Positions 18,925-29,700 of a stretch of DNA of 64,000 bases are shown here, piece after piece (positions within the stretch are counted from its first letter, which is position 1; every line of letters starts with the position of its first letter). A program made the position numbers and the translations under genes. The notes under the pieces were generated by a model. That model had not been told where the DNA came from and ran no database searches. It saw nothing but the letters and a program-made list of their open reading frames with translations. Source of the DNA: a virus. The stretch lies in IMG/VR virus record IMGVR_UViG_3300027985_001265, positions 1-64,000 of that record, one strand, 5' to 3'.

Positions 18925-19968
18925 ATGACTACGTCGATTGATACCATTGTTTTAGATTCCAATGCGTCTCTAAGCCAACCTGATGTATCCAGGCTGACCA
19001 CCCAAAGTGTTGATGGCACAGGTGTTTTTGATGTCCTGATGAAAGCTGCCAAGCAGCACCTTCTCGAAGAATATGAAGCTGACCGGATTACCGGTGCCGA
19101 GTATACTCAGGTGTACCTTGGTGCCATGACTGCGGTAATGCAGACAGCCCTTCAGTTTTTGTTAAATTCCCAGCAGGAAGAAAAGATCCAGGCAGAGATA
19201 GCTTTAACCCGGCAGAAGACCGTTACCGAGTTGGCCCAGACTGATGATGATTTACCCCTTGGTCTTGGTTTTAACGGGGATACATCAGTTCAAGGTATCG
19301 TTGCCCTCCAGAGGGAGAAACTTACCCAGGAAGGCCTTTTAGTCGATGCCCAGGTCAGCCGTACAGCAACTGAAAATGCTTTGACCGGCCAGCAACTTAT
19401 TACGGAATTGGCCAAGACTGATGATGATCTCACCCAGGCAGAAGCTGCCGGGTATGGTCTGAACAGCAGTACCGCCGTAACCGGATTGATGAAAGCTGAA
19501 ACGGATAAGACGATGGCCGAAGCTGTCTATACTGAACAAAAAACTGTAACTGAACTGGCCAGTACCAGTGACACCAAACCAGTAACTCTTGGTGTTATGA
19601 CCAGCACCACGGCAATTACTGGTTTGAGTGCAGCCCAGAAAGATAAAATCTATGCCGAACAAACTCTGTTGTCTCAGAAAGCCAATACTGAATTGGCTCA
19701 GACTGCAGATACCGTAAAAATAGGTTCCCCATATCTGAATACTTTAACTGCAGTTACAGGTGTCATTGGGCAACAGAAAGCTCTGTATGCAGCTCAGACA
19801 GAAGGTTTTGCCCGGGATGCTGAACAGAAGGTATTTAAGATTTTCGCTGATACTTGGTCAGTTTCTGCCACTCAAAGTGAAGCTACAGCCAATACAACAA
19901 ATGGGTTAGATGATGCGTCTCTTGGTGAAGTTGTAGCTAAAGCTAAAGCCGGAATCGGTATTTCTTAA
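18925..19968 (+). CDS. N4 gp54-like virion structural protein with internal repeats
   Basis: 'GTGVFDVLM', 'RITGAEY', 'GVIGQQKALY..Q..GF.RDAEQK'. Confidence 0.85.
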   Translation: MTTSIDTIVLDSNASLSQPDVSRLTTQSVDGTGVFDVLMKAAKQHLLEEYEADRITGAEYTQVYLGAMTAVMQTALQFLLNSQQEEKIQAEIALTRQKTVTELAQTDDDLPLGLGFNGDTSVQGIVALQREKLTQEGLLVDAQVSRTATENALTGQQLITELAKTDDDLTQAEAAGYGLNSSTAVTGLMKAETDKTMAEAVYTEQKTVTELASTSDTKPVTLGVMTSTTAITGLSAAQKDKIYAEQTLLSQKANTELAQTADTVKIGSPYLNTLTAVTGVIGQQKALYAAQTEGFARDAEQKVFKIFADTWSVSATQSEATANTTNGLDDASLGEVVAKAKAGIGIS

Positions 19969-19993
19969 TTTATAAGTAAAGAGGTTTTATATT

Positions 19994-20371
19994 ATGGTAA
20001 TGATCAGTGATGATGCTTTAGATGCAGCATTGGACTACATCGGAGATGCTGCTACCAGAGTCGATTTATGTACAGCAGAACCTGCTAACTACGCTGGTAT
20101 AGCTGCTGTTTCTTGTGCTTATGCTACTCTGGCTGGAGATGGTTCCGACTTTACAAAAGCCAATGGTGATACTTCCGGGCGGAAATTAACTTTTCTTGGA
20201 AAAACTGGAGGTAGTGGTACTGCAAACAGCACAGGCATCTTTTTGGCTTTTTCCGATGGTACCAATCTTCTGGCTGTTACAGCATGTACCTCTCAAGCTG
20301 TTACTGATGGCGCTGACGTTGATTTCAACAGTTATGATGTAACCGAACTCAGAGATCCTGCATCTGAATAA
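19994..20371 (+). CDS. Small fibre/whisker-associated structural protein
   Basis: 125-aa A/G/T-rich ORF ('ANGDTSGRKLT'). Confidence 0.6.
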   Translation: MVMISDDALDAALDYIGDAATRVDLCTAEPANYAGIAAVSCAYATLAGDGSDFTKANGDTSGRKLTFLGKTGGSGTANSTGIFLAFSDGTNLLAVTACTSQAVTDGADVDFNSYDVTELRDPASE

Positions 20372-20374
20372 CCA

Positions 20375-21955
20375 ATGACTACTCTGTCTTGTGACATACT
20401 TATTGTTGCCGGTGGAGCTGGCGGAGGTGTATACGATTATGGTGGTGGGGGTGGCGCCGGTGGTGCCATCCTTCAAACCAGTTATAGTCTTGATCTATCA
20501 AATCTACCCTTATCTATTACTATTGGTGCTGGTGGCTCAGAAGGTTCTAATGGAGGAAACACCACATTTGGTTCCTTATTTACAGCAATAGGCGGTGGAA
20601 CCGGTGGTGGTGGTACTTCTCAGGACAATGGGTATTCTGGAGGATCTGGTGGTGGTGGTCATGATACAGGTACGGGTGCGTCCGGCACTTCCGGTCAAGG
20701 ATATGCTGGCGGTGATGGTTCACACACTACATTGGCCTGGGGGCGAAATGGTGGTGGGGGTGGTGGTGCCAGTGAAGCAGGTGGTGATGCAACAACAACA
20801 TCTAATGGTGATGCAGGAGATGGTGGTGATGGTATTCAAACGTCTATCTCAGGTACTTCTCTATACTATGCTGGTGGTGGCTCAGGGGGTACAAATCATA
20901 CCTCTAACTCCAGTACAGCGGGCCAAGGTGGAGGTGGTAAGGGTGGTTGGGATGGTACAGATGGTGAGGATGCTACATTTTACGGAGGTGGTGGTGGCGG
21001 TGCTGGAAGGTATTCAACCGATCCAGGGGGCTCTGGGTATCAAGGCGTTGTAATTATCCGGTATCTTACCTCTGCTGGAGAGTACCAAGGTGGTACTATT
21101 ACTTATGATGGCCTGTATACTGTTCATTCATTTACGACAAGTGGAACTTTTGAAGCCCCAGCTATTATTGATATATATGGTATAGGAGCCTACTCCACAT
21201 CATATGTTGGTGTCGGTTCTGTTATCCCTAAATACTCAATTTCAGGAATAGGAAGTTATGCTCAATCTGTTGCTGGAATAGGGTCTGTTTTCCCTAAATA
21301 TTCTATTATTGGTACCAGTAACTATGCACTGTCAACTGCAGGTGTTGGTAACATTAATGTTTATCTAGCTGTCAACGGGATTAAAACATATTCTCCCAGT
21401 ATAGCAGGTATAGGTAGTGTAATACCAAAATACGTTGTAAATGGTATTGGCACTTATAGTTATTCAATTCTTGGCATTGGCTCAGTAACAGTAAAATACA
21501 GTATTTCTGGTGTAAAAACTAATAGTTTATCTGTTAATGGAGTTGGTTCGGTTATTCCAATTATCCGGGTTTCTGGAATAAAAACAACTGCTTCCTCTGT
21601 TAATGGTATTGGTTTTGTATATGCTGTTTTACATATCCAAGGCATTGGTACAATAACGGTTCTCGTTAATGGAGTAGGCTCTGTTGAAACATCTATTTCT
21701 GACTGGGTAGAAGTTTTTACTTTTAACAGCCCATTAACTAAAGAATTTTCTATTGAAAGTCCTATAACCAAAGAGTTGGTAATTAGTAGTTTAATAACCA
21801 AAGAACTATTAATTGAAAGCCCTGTAATAAAAGAATTTCCTGTTGATAGTTTAATTACAAAAGAGCTGCAAATTGATAGTTTAATTACAAAAGAGGTGTT
21901 GATTAACAGCCCAGTGGTAAGACCTGTTGTAATCTATAACCCCTTGGGGGATTAA
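20375..21955 (+). CDS. Glycine-rich fibre-like protein with 23-aa and 10-aa repeats
   Basis: Gly-rich domain 'LIVAGGAGGG...GYQGVVIIRY', then 'GIGSV.PKYSI.G' repeats, then 'S(P/L)ITKE' repeats. Confidence 0.7.
   Translation: MTTLSCDILIVAGGAGGGVYDYGGGGGAGGAILQTSYSLDLSNLPLSITIGAGGSEGSNGGNTTFGSLFTAIGGGTGGGGTSQDNGYSGGSGGGGHDTGTGASGTSGQGYAGGDGSHTTLAWGRNGGGGGGASEAGGDATTTSNGDAGDGGDGIQTSISGTSLYYAGGGSGGTNHTSNSSTAGQGGGGKGGWDGTDGEDATFYGGGGGGAGRYSTDPGGSGYQGVVIIRYLTSAGEYQGGTITYDGLYTVHSFTTSGTFEAPAIIDIYGIGAYSTSYVGVGSVIPKYSISGIGSYAQSVAGIGSVFPKYSIIGTSNYALSTAGVGNINVYLAVNGIKTYSPSIAGIGSVIPKYVVNGIGTYSYSILGIGSVTVKYSISGVKTNSLSVNGVGSVIPIIRVSGIKTTASSVNGIGFVYAVLHIQGIGTITVLVNGVGSVETSISDWVEVFTFNSPLTKEFSIESPITKELVISSLITKELLIESPVIKEFPVDSLITKELQIDSLITKEVLINSPVVRPVVIYNPLGD
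21728..21915 (+). repeat. 30-bp coding tandem repeat (about 6 units)
   Basis: AG(C/T)..(A/T)..AC.AAAGA... units encoding S(P/L)ITKExxIx. Confidence 0.8.
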
Positions 21956-21958
21956 AAA

Positions 21959-24304
21959 ATGGGTTTATTTGATGATTCCGAAGAGATCACTGTTGGGTCG
22001 AATATCTACCATCTTGTTGAGCCAAACCCTAATGCAGTTTTAGACTCTGTCCTCTATTCAATACTTACCCGATCTTCCTTAGTTCACAATATTCTCAATG
22101 TCACAATCGGTCAGATGAGTTCTCAGGTAGGTAACATGATGGCATACGCCAAGGAATCTTACACCCTTGGTTTACCTCAAACCACCTATGAGACCACAAT
22201 TCTTTTAGCCGAGCAGGATGTCATTGATGCTATCGTTGATGATACAGATCAGCCTTACGGTGTTGTTTTAGAATTTCATTATATAATGCCTATGGTTTCC
22301 ATCAATGTGGTGGCTCCCTATTTGTTCACCACCCGGGGTTGGAATCCAATCAACAATACTATTTCTGAACTGCCTTCAGCTTACCAGGCCAGTGGTGATT
22401 TTTATTATGTGGGATCGGTCCAAAGTGTTGAACTCAATGACGCCTATACCCAGGCCACAATTGTCTACAAGATCATAAAATACTCTGTGCAGTATACTGG
22501 AGATCCGGCTGTTCCGACTCAAACATATGTCAGTGAGACTACTTTCCAGGAAACTGTGTCGGTAGCTTCCGGTTTGATTTATGGTCGGGATTACTGCGTG
22601 GCTTGTTATCGTACTTTGGATTCAGGGGGTTCTCCTTCAGCATCTGTCCACTGGTGGTACTATGATATCAGCTCTGGAATTTATCCAGATCTCACCCCGG
22701 AAAGTTACATTGATGAAGATGATATTTTGATGCCTGTGGTCCCTATTCGCTATGAAAATGAAAGTATGGTTACAGGCAAAGAGTATACTGAACTCTACCA
22801 AACCAGCAAGACCATGATGAAAAAGGTTGGCGTTGATATTGAGGAGATCGCTGATACTTTAGAATCAGACTCACATATTGATGACATCGACCATGCTTAT
22901 ATTACCTTTGGTGTTGATCTACAAACAGACTATGTGGCCAGTATCCGTTATTTAGCTGAATTTTTTGATTTCCTTGCAGACAAAGCTCAGGCGGATGTAT
23001 TCAATAATATCGAAACAGCCGTATCCCAAAATTCAGATAGTGTCTACGAAACTGGGGTAGCTTCTTATAATACCTATACCTTTATCATAGGTGCAGAGTT
23101 AGCAACCAGCAATCAGATTGATGAGGTATCCTGGACTGCTTCTGATGGTACTACTGCTACAGCAAAAACAACTTCCAATAGTGCCATAGGGAAATTTGAA
23201 GAGTATGGTTTACACTTTAAAATAACCTATTCTTATATTCGTACAGAGATCAGACAGGGATCTATCGGTCCTATTGGACATGCCACCAAAGAGTGGGCTA
23301 AAGAAGCAACCGATGATAGTTTATTTGGTGTTTTGGCTTCCCTGGATAGTGCCTATGTTATTTTCAGAGTACAAATCGCTGAAAATACTTATAAACAAAT
23401 TACTGTTCAAGGGCTTATTCATCGGAACAGCATCTATGATGGGCATTCAGTTATCACCACTTTGAGTGATCTGATTGATGACCCAGATAATCATCAGTTT
23501 ATAATTCCAGTCCATTACAATTTTTCCAGACAGCTCCCTGCTGTCGTAAGAAGTGTACTGTACCAGGATTCTTTAATTCTGGTTTTAAACAGTTATGTAG
23601 TTACAGAGATCCCTTGGTATACCGCAACCTGGTTTCAGGTTGTAATCGTAATTGTAGGTATTGTAATTTCTATTTATACCGGTGGTGCCGGTACATGGGT
23701 TGCTGGTTTAATTGTTGCTGCAGAAGCAGGTGTCATAGCTGTCTTGGTCTACCTCTTTGAAACTATTCTAGTCATGTATGCTATATCCTTGGCTTTGGAG
23801 TATGTAGCCAAATGGGTTGGCCCAGAAGCGATGCTAATCATAACCATAGCCACTATTGCTTTAGCTTCCATGTCTGAAGGGGGTGTGTTTGAAGTATCAA
23901 GCATAGCTTCTACAATGCCAACTGCTGGTAGATTAATGGCTTTGTCATGCTCTATGCTGGCTTCCACAAATGCAGGATTTCAGCAAGAATTTGAAGATCT
24001 CCAAGAAGAGTACAGCGATACCTTAGAAGATCAAACATCTTTATGGAAAGAGTTGGAAGAAGCTGCTGAATTGCTTCCTGATCCCTCTGAAACTGCATTG
24101 AAACTTCTTGATGCCCAGGTTTATTCAAAAACACTAAAGCAACCTAAAGTTGATAGTGTAGAAAACTTCTATAACCTGGCAATTCATTCAGGGAATATCG
24201 GAGTGTTGTCTTTACAGGGAGTTGCAACTTATTTTGATCTGGCTCTAAGACTCCCTGAAGCTGATACCAAATTAGGTGCTCAACTCAAAAATACATTATA
24301 TTGA
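21959..24304 (+). CDS. N4 gp53-like protein
   Basis: Starts 'MGLF', 'Y.LGLP', hydrophobic C-terminal block after 'WY...WF'; synteny. Confidence 0.85.
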   Translation: MGLFDDSEEITVGSNIYHLVEPNPNAVLDSVLYSILTRSSLVHNILNVTIGQMSSQVGNMMAYAKESYTLGLPQTTYETTILLAEQDVIDAIVDDTDQPYGVVLEFHYIMPMVSINVVAPYLFTTRGWNPINNTISELPSAYQASGDFYYVGSVQSVELNDAYTQATIVYKIIKYSVQYTGDPAVPTQTYVSETTFQETVSVASGLIYGRDYCVACYRTLDSGGSPSASVHWWYYDISSGIYPDLTPESYIDEDDILMPVVPIRYENESMVTGKEYTELYQTSKTMMKKVGVDIEEIADTLESDSHIDDIDHAYITFGVDLQTDYVASIRYLAEFFDFLADKAQADVFNNIETAVSQNSDSVYETGVASYNTYTFIIGAELATSNQIDEVSWTASDGTTATAKTTSNSAIGKFEEYGLHFKITYSYIRTEIRQGSIGPIGHATKEWAKEATDDSLFGVLASLDSAYVIFRVQIAENTYKQITVQGLIHRNSIYDGHSVITTLSDLIDDPDNHQFIIPVHYNFSRQLPAVVRSVLYQDSLILVLNSYVVTEIPWYTATWFQVVIVIVGIVISIYTGGAGTWVAGLIVAAEAGVIAVLVYLFETILVMYAISLALEYVAKWVGPEAMLIITIATIALASMSEGGVFEVSSIASTMPTAGRLMALSCSMLASTNAGFQQEFEDLQEEYSDTLEDQTSLWKELEEAAELLPDPSETALKLLDAQVYSKTLKQPKVDSVENFYNLAIHSGNIGVLSLQGVATYFDLALRLPEADTKLGAQLKNTLY

Positions 24305-24329
24305 TCCAAAAAATTAAAGAGGTTACGCT

Positions 24330-24809
24330 ATGTCTTATTTAGATAAGCCACAGTTTCAGGTACCCGGGCTTAATTTTGGTCTCGGGAATATCCAGCAACA
24401 AGTTGCAGGTAATTCTCTCATTCCTCAAGTAGGTATTGATTTATCTCAATTTGGGAACTCTTATGATGGAGCGTTTTCTTCACAGTTTGGCTCTCCTTCA
24501 GCAGCAGTAAGTAATCCAGCTACAACAACCCCTACTTTCTGGCAAAATGCTCTCGGGTATAAAAACGCAAATGGGGAATCTTTTGGTGGCTGGGCAGGGC
24601 CGGCTCTCAGCCTTTTGCAATCTGGTCTTGGTTTCTATTTTGGTTCACAACAACTGGGACAAGTTGAAGATGCCCTGGCTGAAAACCGCCGTCAGTTTGA
24701 TTTAAACTATGGTGCCCAGAAGAAGCTCATCAATGATCAACTTGCTTGGCAGTACCAGGCTCGGAAAGACCGTAATGCTGCTAATGCTGGCGAACTCACT
24801 CAGATCTAA
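24330..24809 (+). CDS. N4 gp52-like internal virion protein
   Basis: Synteny; 'QFDLNYGAQKKLIN'; no Cys. Confidence 0.8.
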   Translation: MSYLDKPQFQVPGLNFGLGNIQQQVAGNSLIPQVGIDLSQFGNSYDGAFSSQFGSPSAAVSNPATTTPTFWQNALGYKNANGESFGGWAGPALSLLQSGLGFYFGSQQLGQVEDALAENRRQFDLNYGAQKKLINDQLAWQYQARKDRNAANAGELTQI

Positions 24810-24821
24810 GGATGGTGAATA

Positions 24822-26765
24822 ATGCCTGAAATTACCTGGAGGAATATCACCACTGTTGGCGATGGCGGCAATACTGCCAACAGAAGTACAGCCAATGGTG
24901 TTGATACTATCATGCAAGCTTTTGACCCTTTACGCCAAGAGCTTAAAAATTACACCACCCGGGATGAACAAAACTGGGATGCTGCGGCTGCTGCTAATAC
25001 TCGGACCATGAAAGCTGAACTTCAAAACATCCAGAGTCTCAAAGACCTGAATAGTAGAGATGATCAGGGCCTTATCAACGAGGCTTCTTTTAATGCACGG
25101 TTCGGGGCTCAGTATGATCCCAGTGCTCTCCCTGGGGCTGTATCAGAAGCTCGTCAAAGGCTTCAGGGTGTTGCAGCAAATGAGGCTTTGCCTATTGCTC
25201 TGAATGCTGCTGATAAAGAGCGTGATTTGACTGCCGGCCTTTCTTCTCTGGAACAACAGTACCGATCAGCAGGTATGCGTGAAAATGAAATCCAGAAGAA
25301 ATTGAACTCTTTTATGGTCGATAATCAGGGTCGTACAGCCTTGTATACAAAAGCCAATAAGGATGAAGTAGAAGCTTTCCGAAGTAAAGTAGCTTCTCCA
25401 ACATCCCCGGAACAAGTAGAGGCTTTGGTTGCCCAAGGTGGTAAGGCCGGGGTTAAAGATCTCGACCTTCTTCGTAGTACACTTAAAGGCGAACTTGATG
25501 ATCACTACATCGAGGGAAAGTATCAGATGGAGCGTAGTAGACTAGGCATTGAGCAAGGTCGATTAGCCCTTGATAAAGGCAGGCTTTCCTTAGAGCAAGG
25601 CAGGTATGCTCGTGAAGGTAGAAAGCTCGCCCAAGAAGAAGCCAATAACAGGGCTATGGATCTGGCCAGTTCTACTGCACTCAAAATGTTACAGGCTGGA
25701 GAAGATCCGAATAAAGCCTTTGCTGCAGTTGGTGGTATGGTCCGAGGTAGAGATCAACTACCCTTGTTCAATAATATTTTATCTACGCAGATAGGTATGA
25801 GTTCTATGCGTAATGACCAAAAAGAGCAATTAACCCAAGCAACTCAAAATGCTCTCAACAAGGTAACAGAACGTAAGGAGTGGTACGATTCACAAGACGC
25901 CTCTTATATAGCAAAAAGAAATAGTGTCACCGGTATTACCCCGGCTATTCTTAAAGTTGTAGATGATGCTGCTTCCTTGCCTGGTGGAATTATTGAAAAA
26001 ATTACTGCGGGTATGTCTGATACTGGTTGGGAGCCTTCTGATAATTGGACTAAAGTCAAAACAGGTAAAAAAGCCGCCGAAACTGCTCTTAATACTGTTT
26101 ACCAAGACCTTATATCAAAAGTTTCTGGTATTTCAAATATCTCCCCTAAAGAGGTAGATGCTATCTTTTGGCTCGGTTATCAAGATTCTGCTAAAAAATC
26201 TTCTCTTGGGGATCAAGGGGTAGATCCTACTGCCATGAAAACTGCAGTTGAAAACAGGATAAACCAGTATCGTAAAGGTGAAACCATTGAGCAAGAAAGG
26301 CTTTCTGTAAAAAAGAAGGCTGACCAGGAAATTCGTGGTATTACCCAAAATGTTTCCGATTTCACCACAGCTTCCAAACAAGCCATTGAAAAAGAAAACC
26401 AAACAGGTAATCCCGGTAATATCTCTGAGGTCCTTCAGAGTATAGAGAATCAAACGCTGTCTTTTAATAAGACGGGTGCTGATGGGAAGCCTGTAGAGTG
26501 GGGTGTCAAGAAAGAACTTCAAGATGCAAAAAAGGCTGCCGCAGATAAAAAAGCCAAGGAAGAAGCCGATGCTGCTGAAGTTCTATTAAAAGAAAAAGCT
26601 TCCTCTAAAGAAAAACAAAGCCGTAGCCAGGTAACTGGCAATCCTGGGGCAGATTTAAAGAATGCGTTAAAGGATGCTCTTTCCCAAGGAAAAAATCCAC
26701 CGCAGGCTATTGTAGATGAACCTTCTATTAATTTAGGTAATTACCTTAAAAAATACCAACAATAG
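24822..26765 (+). CDS. N4 gp51-like ejection/internal virion protein
   Basis: N-terminal 'ITWRNI'; Cys-free; immediately upstream of vRNAP. Confidence 0.8.
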   Translation: MPEITWRNITTVGDGGNTANRSTANGVDTIMQAFDPLRQELKNYTTRDEQNWDAAAAANTRTMKAELQNIQSLKDLNSRDDQGLINEASFNARFGAQYDPSALPGAVSEARQRLQGVAANEALPIALNAADKERDLTAGLSSLEQQYRSAGMRENEIQKKLNSFMVDNQGRTALYTKANKDEVEAFRSKVASPTSPEQVEALVAQGGKAGVKDLDLLRSTLKGELDDHYIEGKYQMERSRLGIEQGRLALDKGRLSLEQGRYAREGRKLAQEEANNRAMDLASSTALKMLQAGEDPNKAFAAVGGMVRGRDQLPLFNNILSTQIGMSSMRNDQKEQLTQATQNALNKVTERKEWYDSQDASYIAKRNSVTGITPAILKVVDDAASLPGGIIEKITAGMSDTGWEPSDNWTKVKTGKKAAETALNTVYQDLISKVSGISNISPKEVDAIFWLGYQDSAKKSSLGDQGVDPTAMKTAVENRINQYRKGETIEQERLSVKKKADQEIRGITQNVSDFTTASKQAIEKENQTGNPGNISEVLQSIENQTLSFNKTGADGKPVEWGVKKELQDAKKAAADKKAKEEADAAEVLLKEKASSKEKQSRSQVTGNPGADLKNALKDALSQGKNPPQAIVDEPSINLGNYLKKYQQ

Positions 26766-26777
26766 GACACCATAAAA

Positions 26778-29700
26778 ATGCCATCCCTGGAATTTTCTAC
26801 TTTATTCGATAAAAAAGCTGCAACAGTCCAAGCCGCAACCGAAGATAAAAAAGCACAATTAGGTAACACTTCTTCGGCTGCCGGTTATTTAATTTCCAGG
26901 ATAGAACAGGAGCAGGCTCTTGCTCCTTTGGATCTTAGTAATAAAGAGGCTCCTAAAATTGATCTTGATCCAGTTCCAGAAAATTCTCTTGAAGCTATGG
27001 GACGTGGTGGCCGTGAAGCTATTCAGGGTATGGTTGGTCTTGGTTATGGCCTAGGCGCAGGTGTTGGCGCCATTGCTGAATCCATAGCAGGAGAGGGTGG
27101 ATTATCCTCTGGGTTTAAAGAAGCCATGGTCAAGAAGTATATTGAGAATGAGCAAGATATGGCTCAGTATTCCCGACCTGAAGACTCTTTAACATACTCC
27201 TGGGAAAAAGCCAAAGATGGTGATTATGGTGCAATGCTCTCCTGGGCTACTCATGGTACCGGTTATGTAGCATCCCAGCTTGCTACTATACTGGCAGGTT
27301 CAGGTGTTGTTGCTGGCGGTACCCGGTTAATTGGTAAAAAAATGGTAGGTCAAGTCATGAGCGGTCTTGTTGAAAAAGAAGCTACTCGCTTGGCTGCCGG
27401 GAAAACAGTTACTGAAGCTGTCCTAAATAAGGCCACAGCTAATGTCACTGCAAAAGTAGGTGAACACCTGGGAATGGCTGCTTCAGGTTTCGGTATGGAA
27501 GGTGGGGAGATCCTGGGGGACTTGGCCAAACAATCTACCGAACGAGGCACTCCTTTAACTGCTGGTGAAATCGGTCAGGGATTAACCGCTACGGCCTTGG
27601 CCGGTGCAGTTGAATACATGGAGACTCTGTTAAGTGTATCCGCTTTAAAAGGCAAATTAGGCAAGTTTCCCGGAGCCACAGAAATGGATGGCATTGCCGG
27701 CAAGCTGGCTCGTGGAGCTATCACAGGAGGTAAAACTGCTGCTGGTGAAGCTGTTCAAGAAGCTACCCAAACCGGTATTGAACGTTGGGGTAAAGGTGAT
27801 GATTTAACCTCAGAGGATGCTGTTCGAGAGTACATTGATGCCGCTGGTCTTGGTGCTTTGGGCGGTGGCCCTGCTTCTGTAGGTGGTGTATTTACCCGAT
27901 CTACAAAAGAGCAGGAAGAAGTAGATCGTAAGAGGGCTGAAAAGAAAGAAGCACAAGCCAGAGTTCGGCCTCAGACTCAACCCGGATTTGATCAGAAAGT
28001 TGCTGAAGTGGTTGAGACTGGTAACACCAGTCAGTTTACCGAAGCCGAAAAGCCTGAGAATAATCCTACCACGGCCATGCACGTTGCTCAAAAGCAAACC
28101 CAAAAAGAGGGTGCTACCCGGACAGATAAACTGAAGACCCGGGATGATGCCGTTAAAGTATTTCAGTCTTTGGTTCAAAGTGAAATGGAAACCAAGGCCA
28201 AAGTAGATGCCCTCGATGAGAAGATAAAAACTGCTGCAACTCCCGAGGATAAAGCCCGGTATACTGAAGAACAGGCTCAATTAATTGCCAAAGGGGAATA
28301 CCTCAAGACACAGAGGGAAGATGTAACTCCTTTGATGCAGAGTATTGTCAAAGCAACCGATGATGAAATTCCTGGATTAGTTGAGGACTTTAAAAAGTCT
28401 TTTGAACAGGAAGCTCCTTCTGGTGCTGTGAATGAGATTCTTCGTAAGGTCTTTGGTTCTAATGGCGGTAAAGCGTTCTTTCAAGATGACTCAGTAGACT
28501 TCAATCAAATTATTAAAGACCACCAGGATAAGCTGACTCCTGAAGATATTGGTGTCCTACAAAAAGTTGCCAATCTCCAAAAGTCCGTAAAGGCTGTTGT
28601 GGATAAAACCACCAAGAGTATGGGGCAGGTGAACACAGATATCCTTGATGGTGGTGACGGGTATATTGGCCTTTTCCAGCACAAGCAGGGTGTGGTTGAT
28701 GCTCTTAATAACGGTGACATCCAATTGGCCGCAGAACGGCAAAATGCGTTCTCTCAGTGGGCAAAAGAGAGAGTCGTTCGAGCCAATACTTTCACCGGAA
28801 TGTACCAGGCTTTTAAAAACAATGTAGAGCCTTCTGCTGCAATTAAAAAATCTTTTGGTACTATCAATGCTAAACAAGTAGCCAATGGACGTAAAGCTTA
28901 TTCTATTGGACCAAAAACTTGGAGTTTGGCGGAAACTATGCGGTTGGAGGCTAAAGCCCTAAATGATGGGGTAGCTCTAACCCAAGCTATGTTTCCGTCC
29001 CAGACTGCCGAACAAACTCAATCGAACGGGACTGTCGCAAATGTCGCCTCTCCTTCGACCCAGGTTGACACCACCAATCCCGGTACTCAAACTTCCCCAG
29101 ACCTGGAGGGGAGGGCCGGCGATGCCCAGAGTAACCCGGGCGGAGAACAAACTTCCCGCCAGGGTACTCCGGCTCCGAAAGTTGAGAAGCAGCCCAGGGC
29201 TAAAATTGCACCTACCGTACAATTGCCTTCTCATATTTCCACTGATACCCAACAGACTCTTTCTGAAATGGGTTTTGTGGAAGAACAGATCCAGGAAATG
29301 AAACCTGCAGCCGCTAATTGGCATGTATCTCAAAAGGATAAATCTCTCGATGAACTTCGAGAAGCTCAAAAAGCTGTTAACCCTAATACGGCTAAAGCTG
29401 CCTTGTATAAAGAGCTTATTGCCACCAAGGAGCAACAAGAACAAAAAGAAGATATAGCTACCCCTCCTGAAACCAAAGAGCCTAAAATTAAACAAGAAAA
29501 GCCTTCTGAGGAGTTAAAAAAAGAGAGTGACCAAACTGAAGACTTTCCTTTTGCAAATGAGCCTCCGATTGATGATAACTATGACTATCAGTTATCACAA
29601 ATGGTGGAGCAGAATGATGAGGTATTTTCTCCTGTGGTAGAACAGGAGGAGCCTATCACAAAGTCTGAACGGGATTCTAGTCGGATTTACGGTCCAGCCA

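Noticed and set aside
21728-21915. 30-bp periodic repeats as a CRISPR array
   Set aside because: In-frame degenerate coding repeats with no unique spacers and no cas genes
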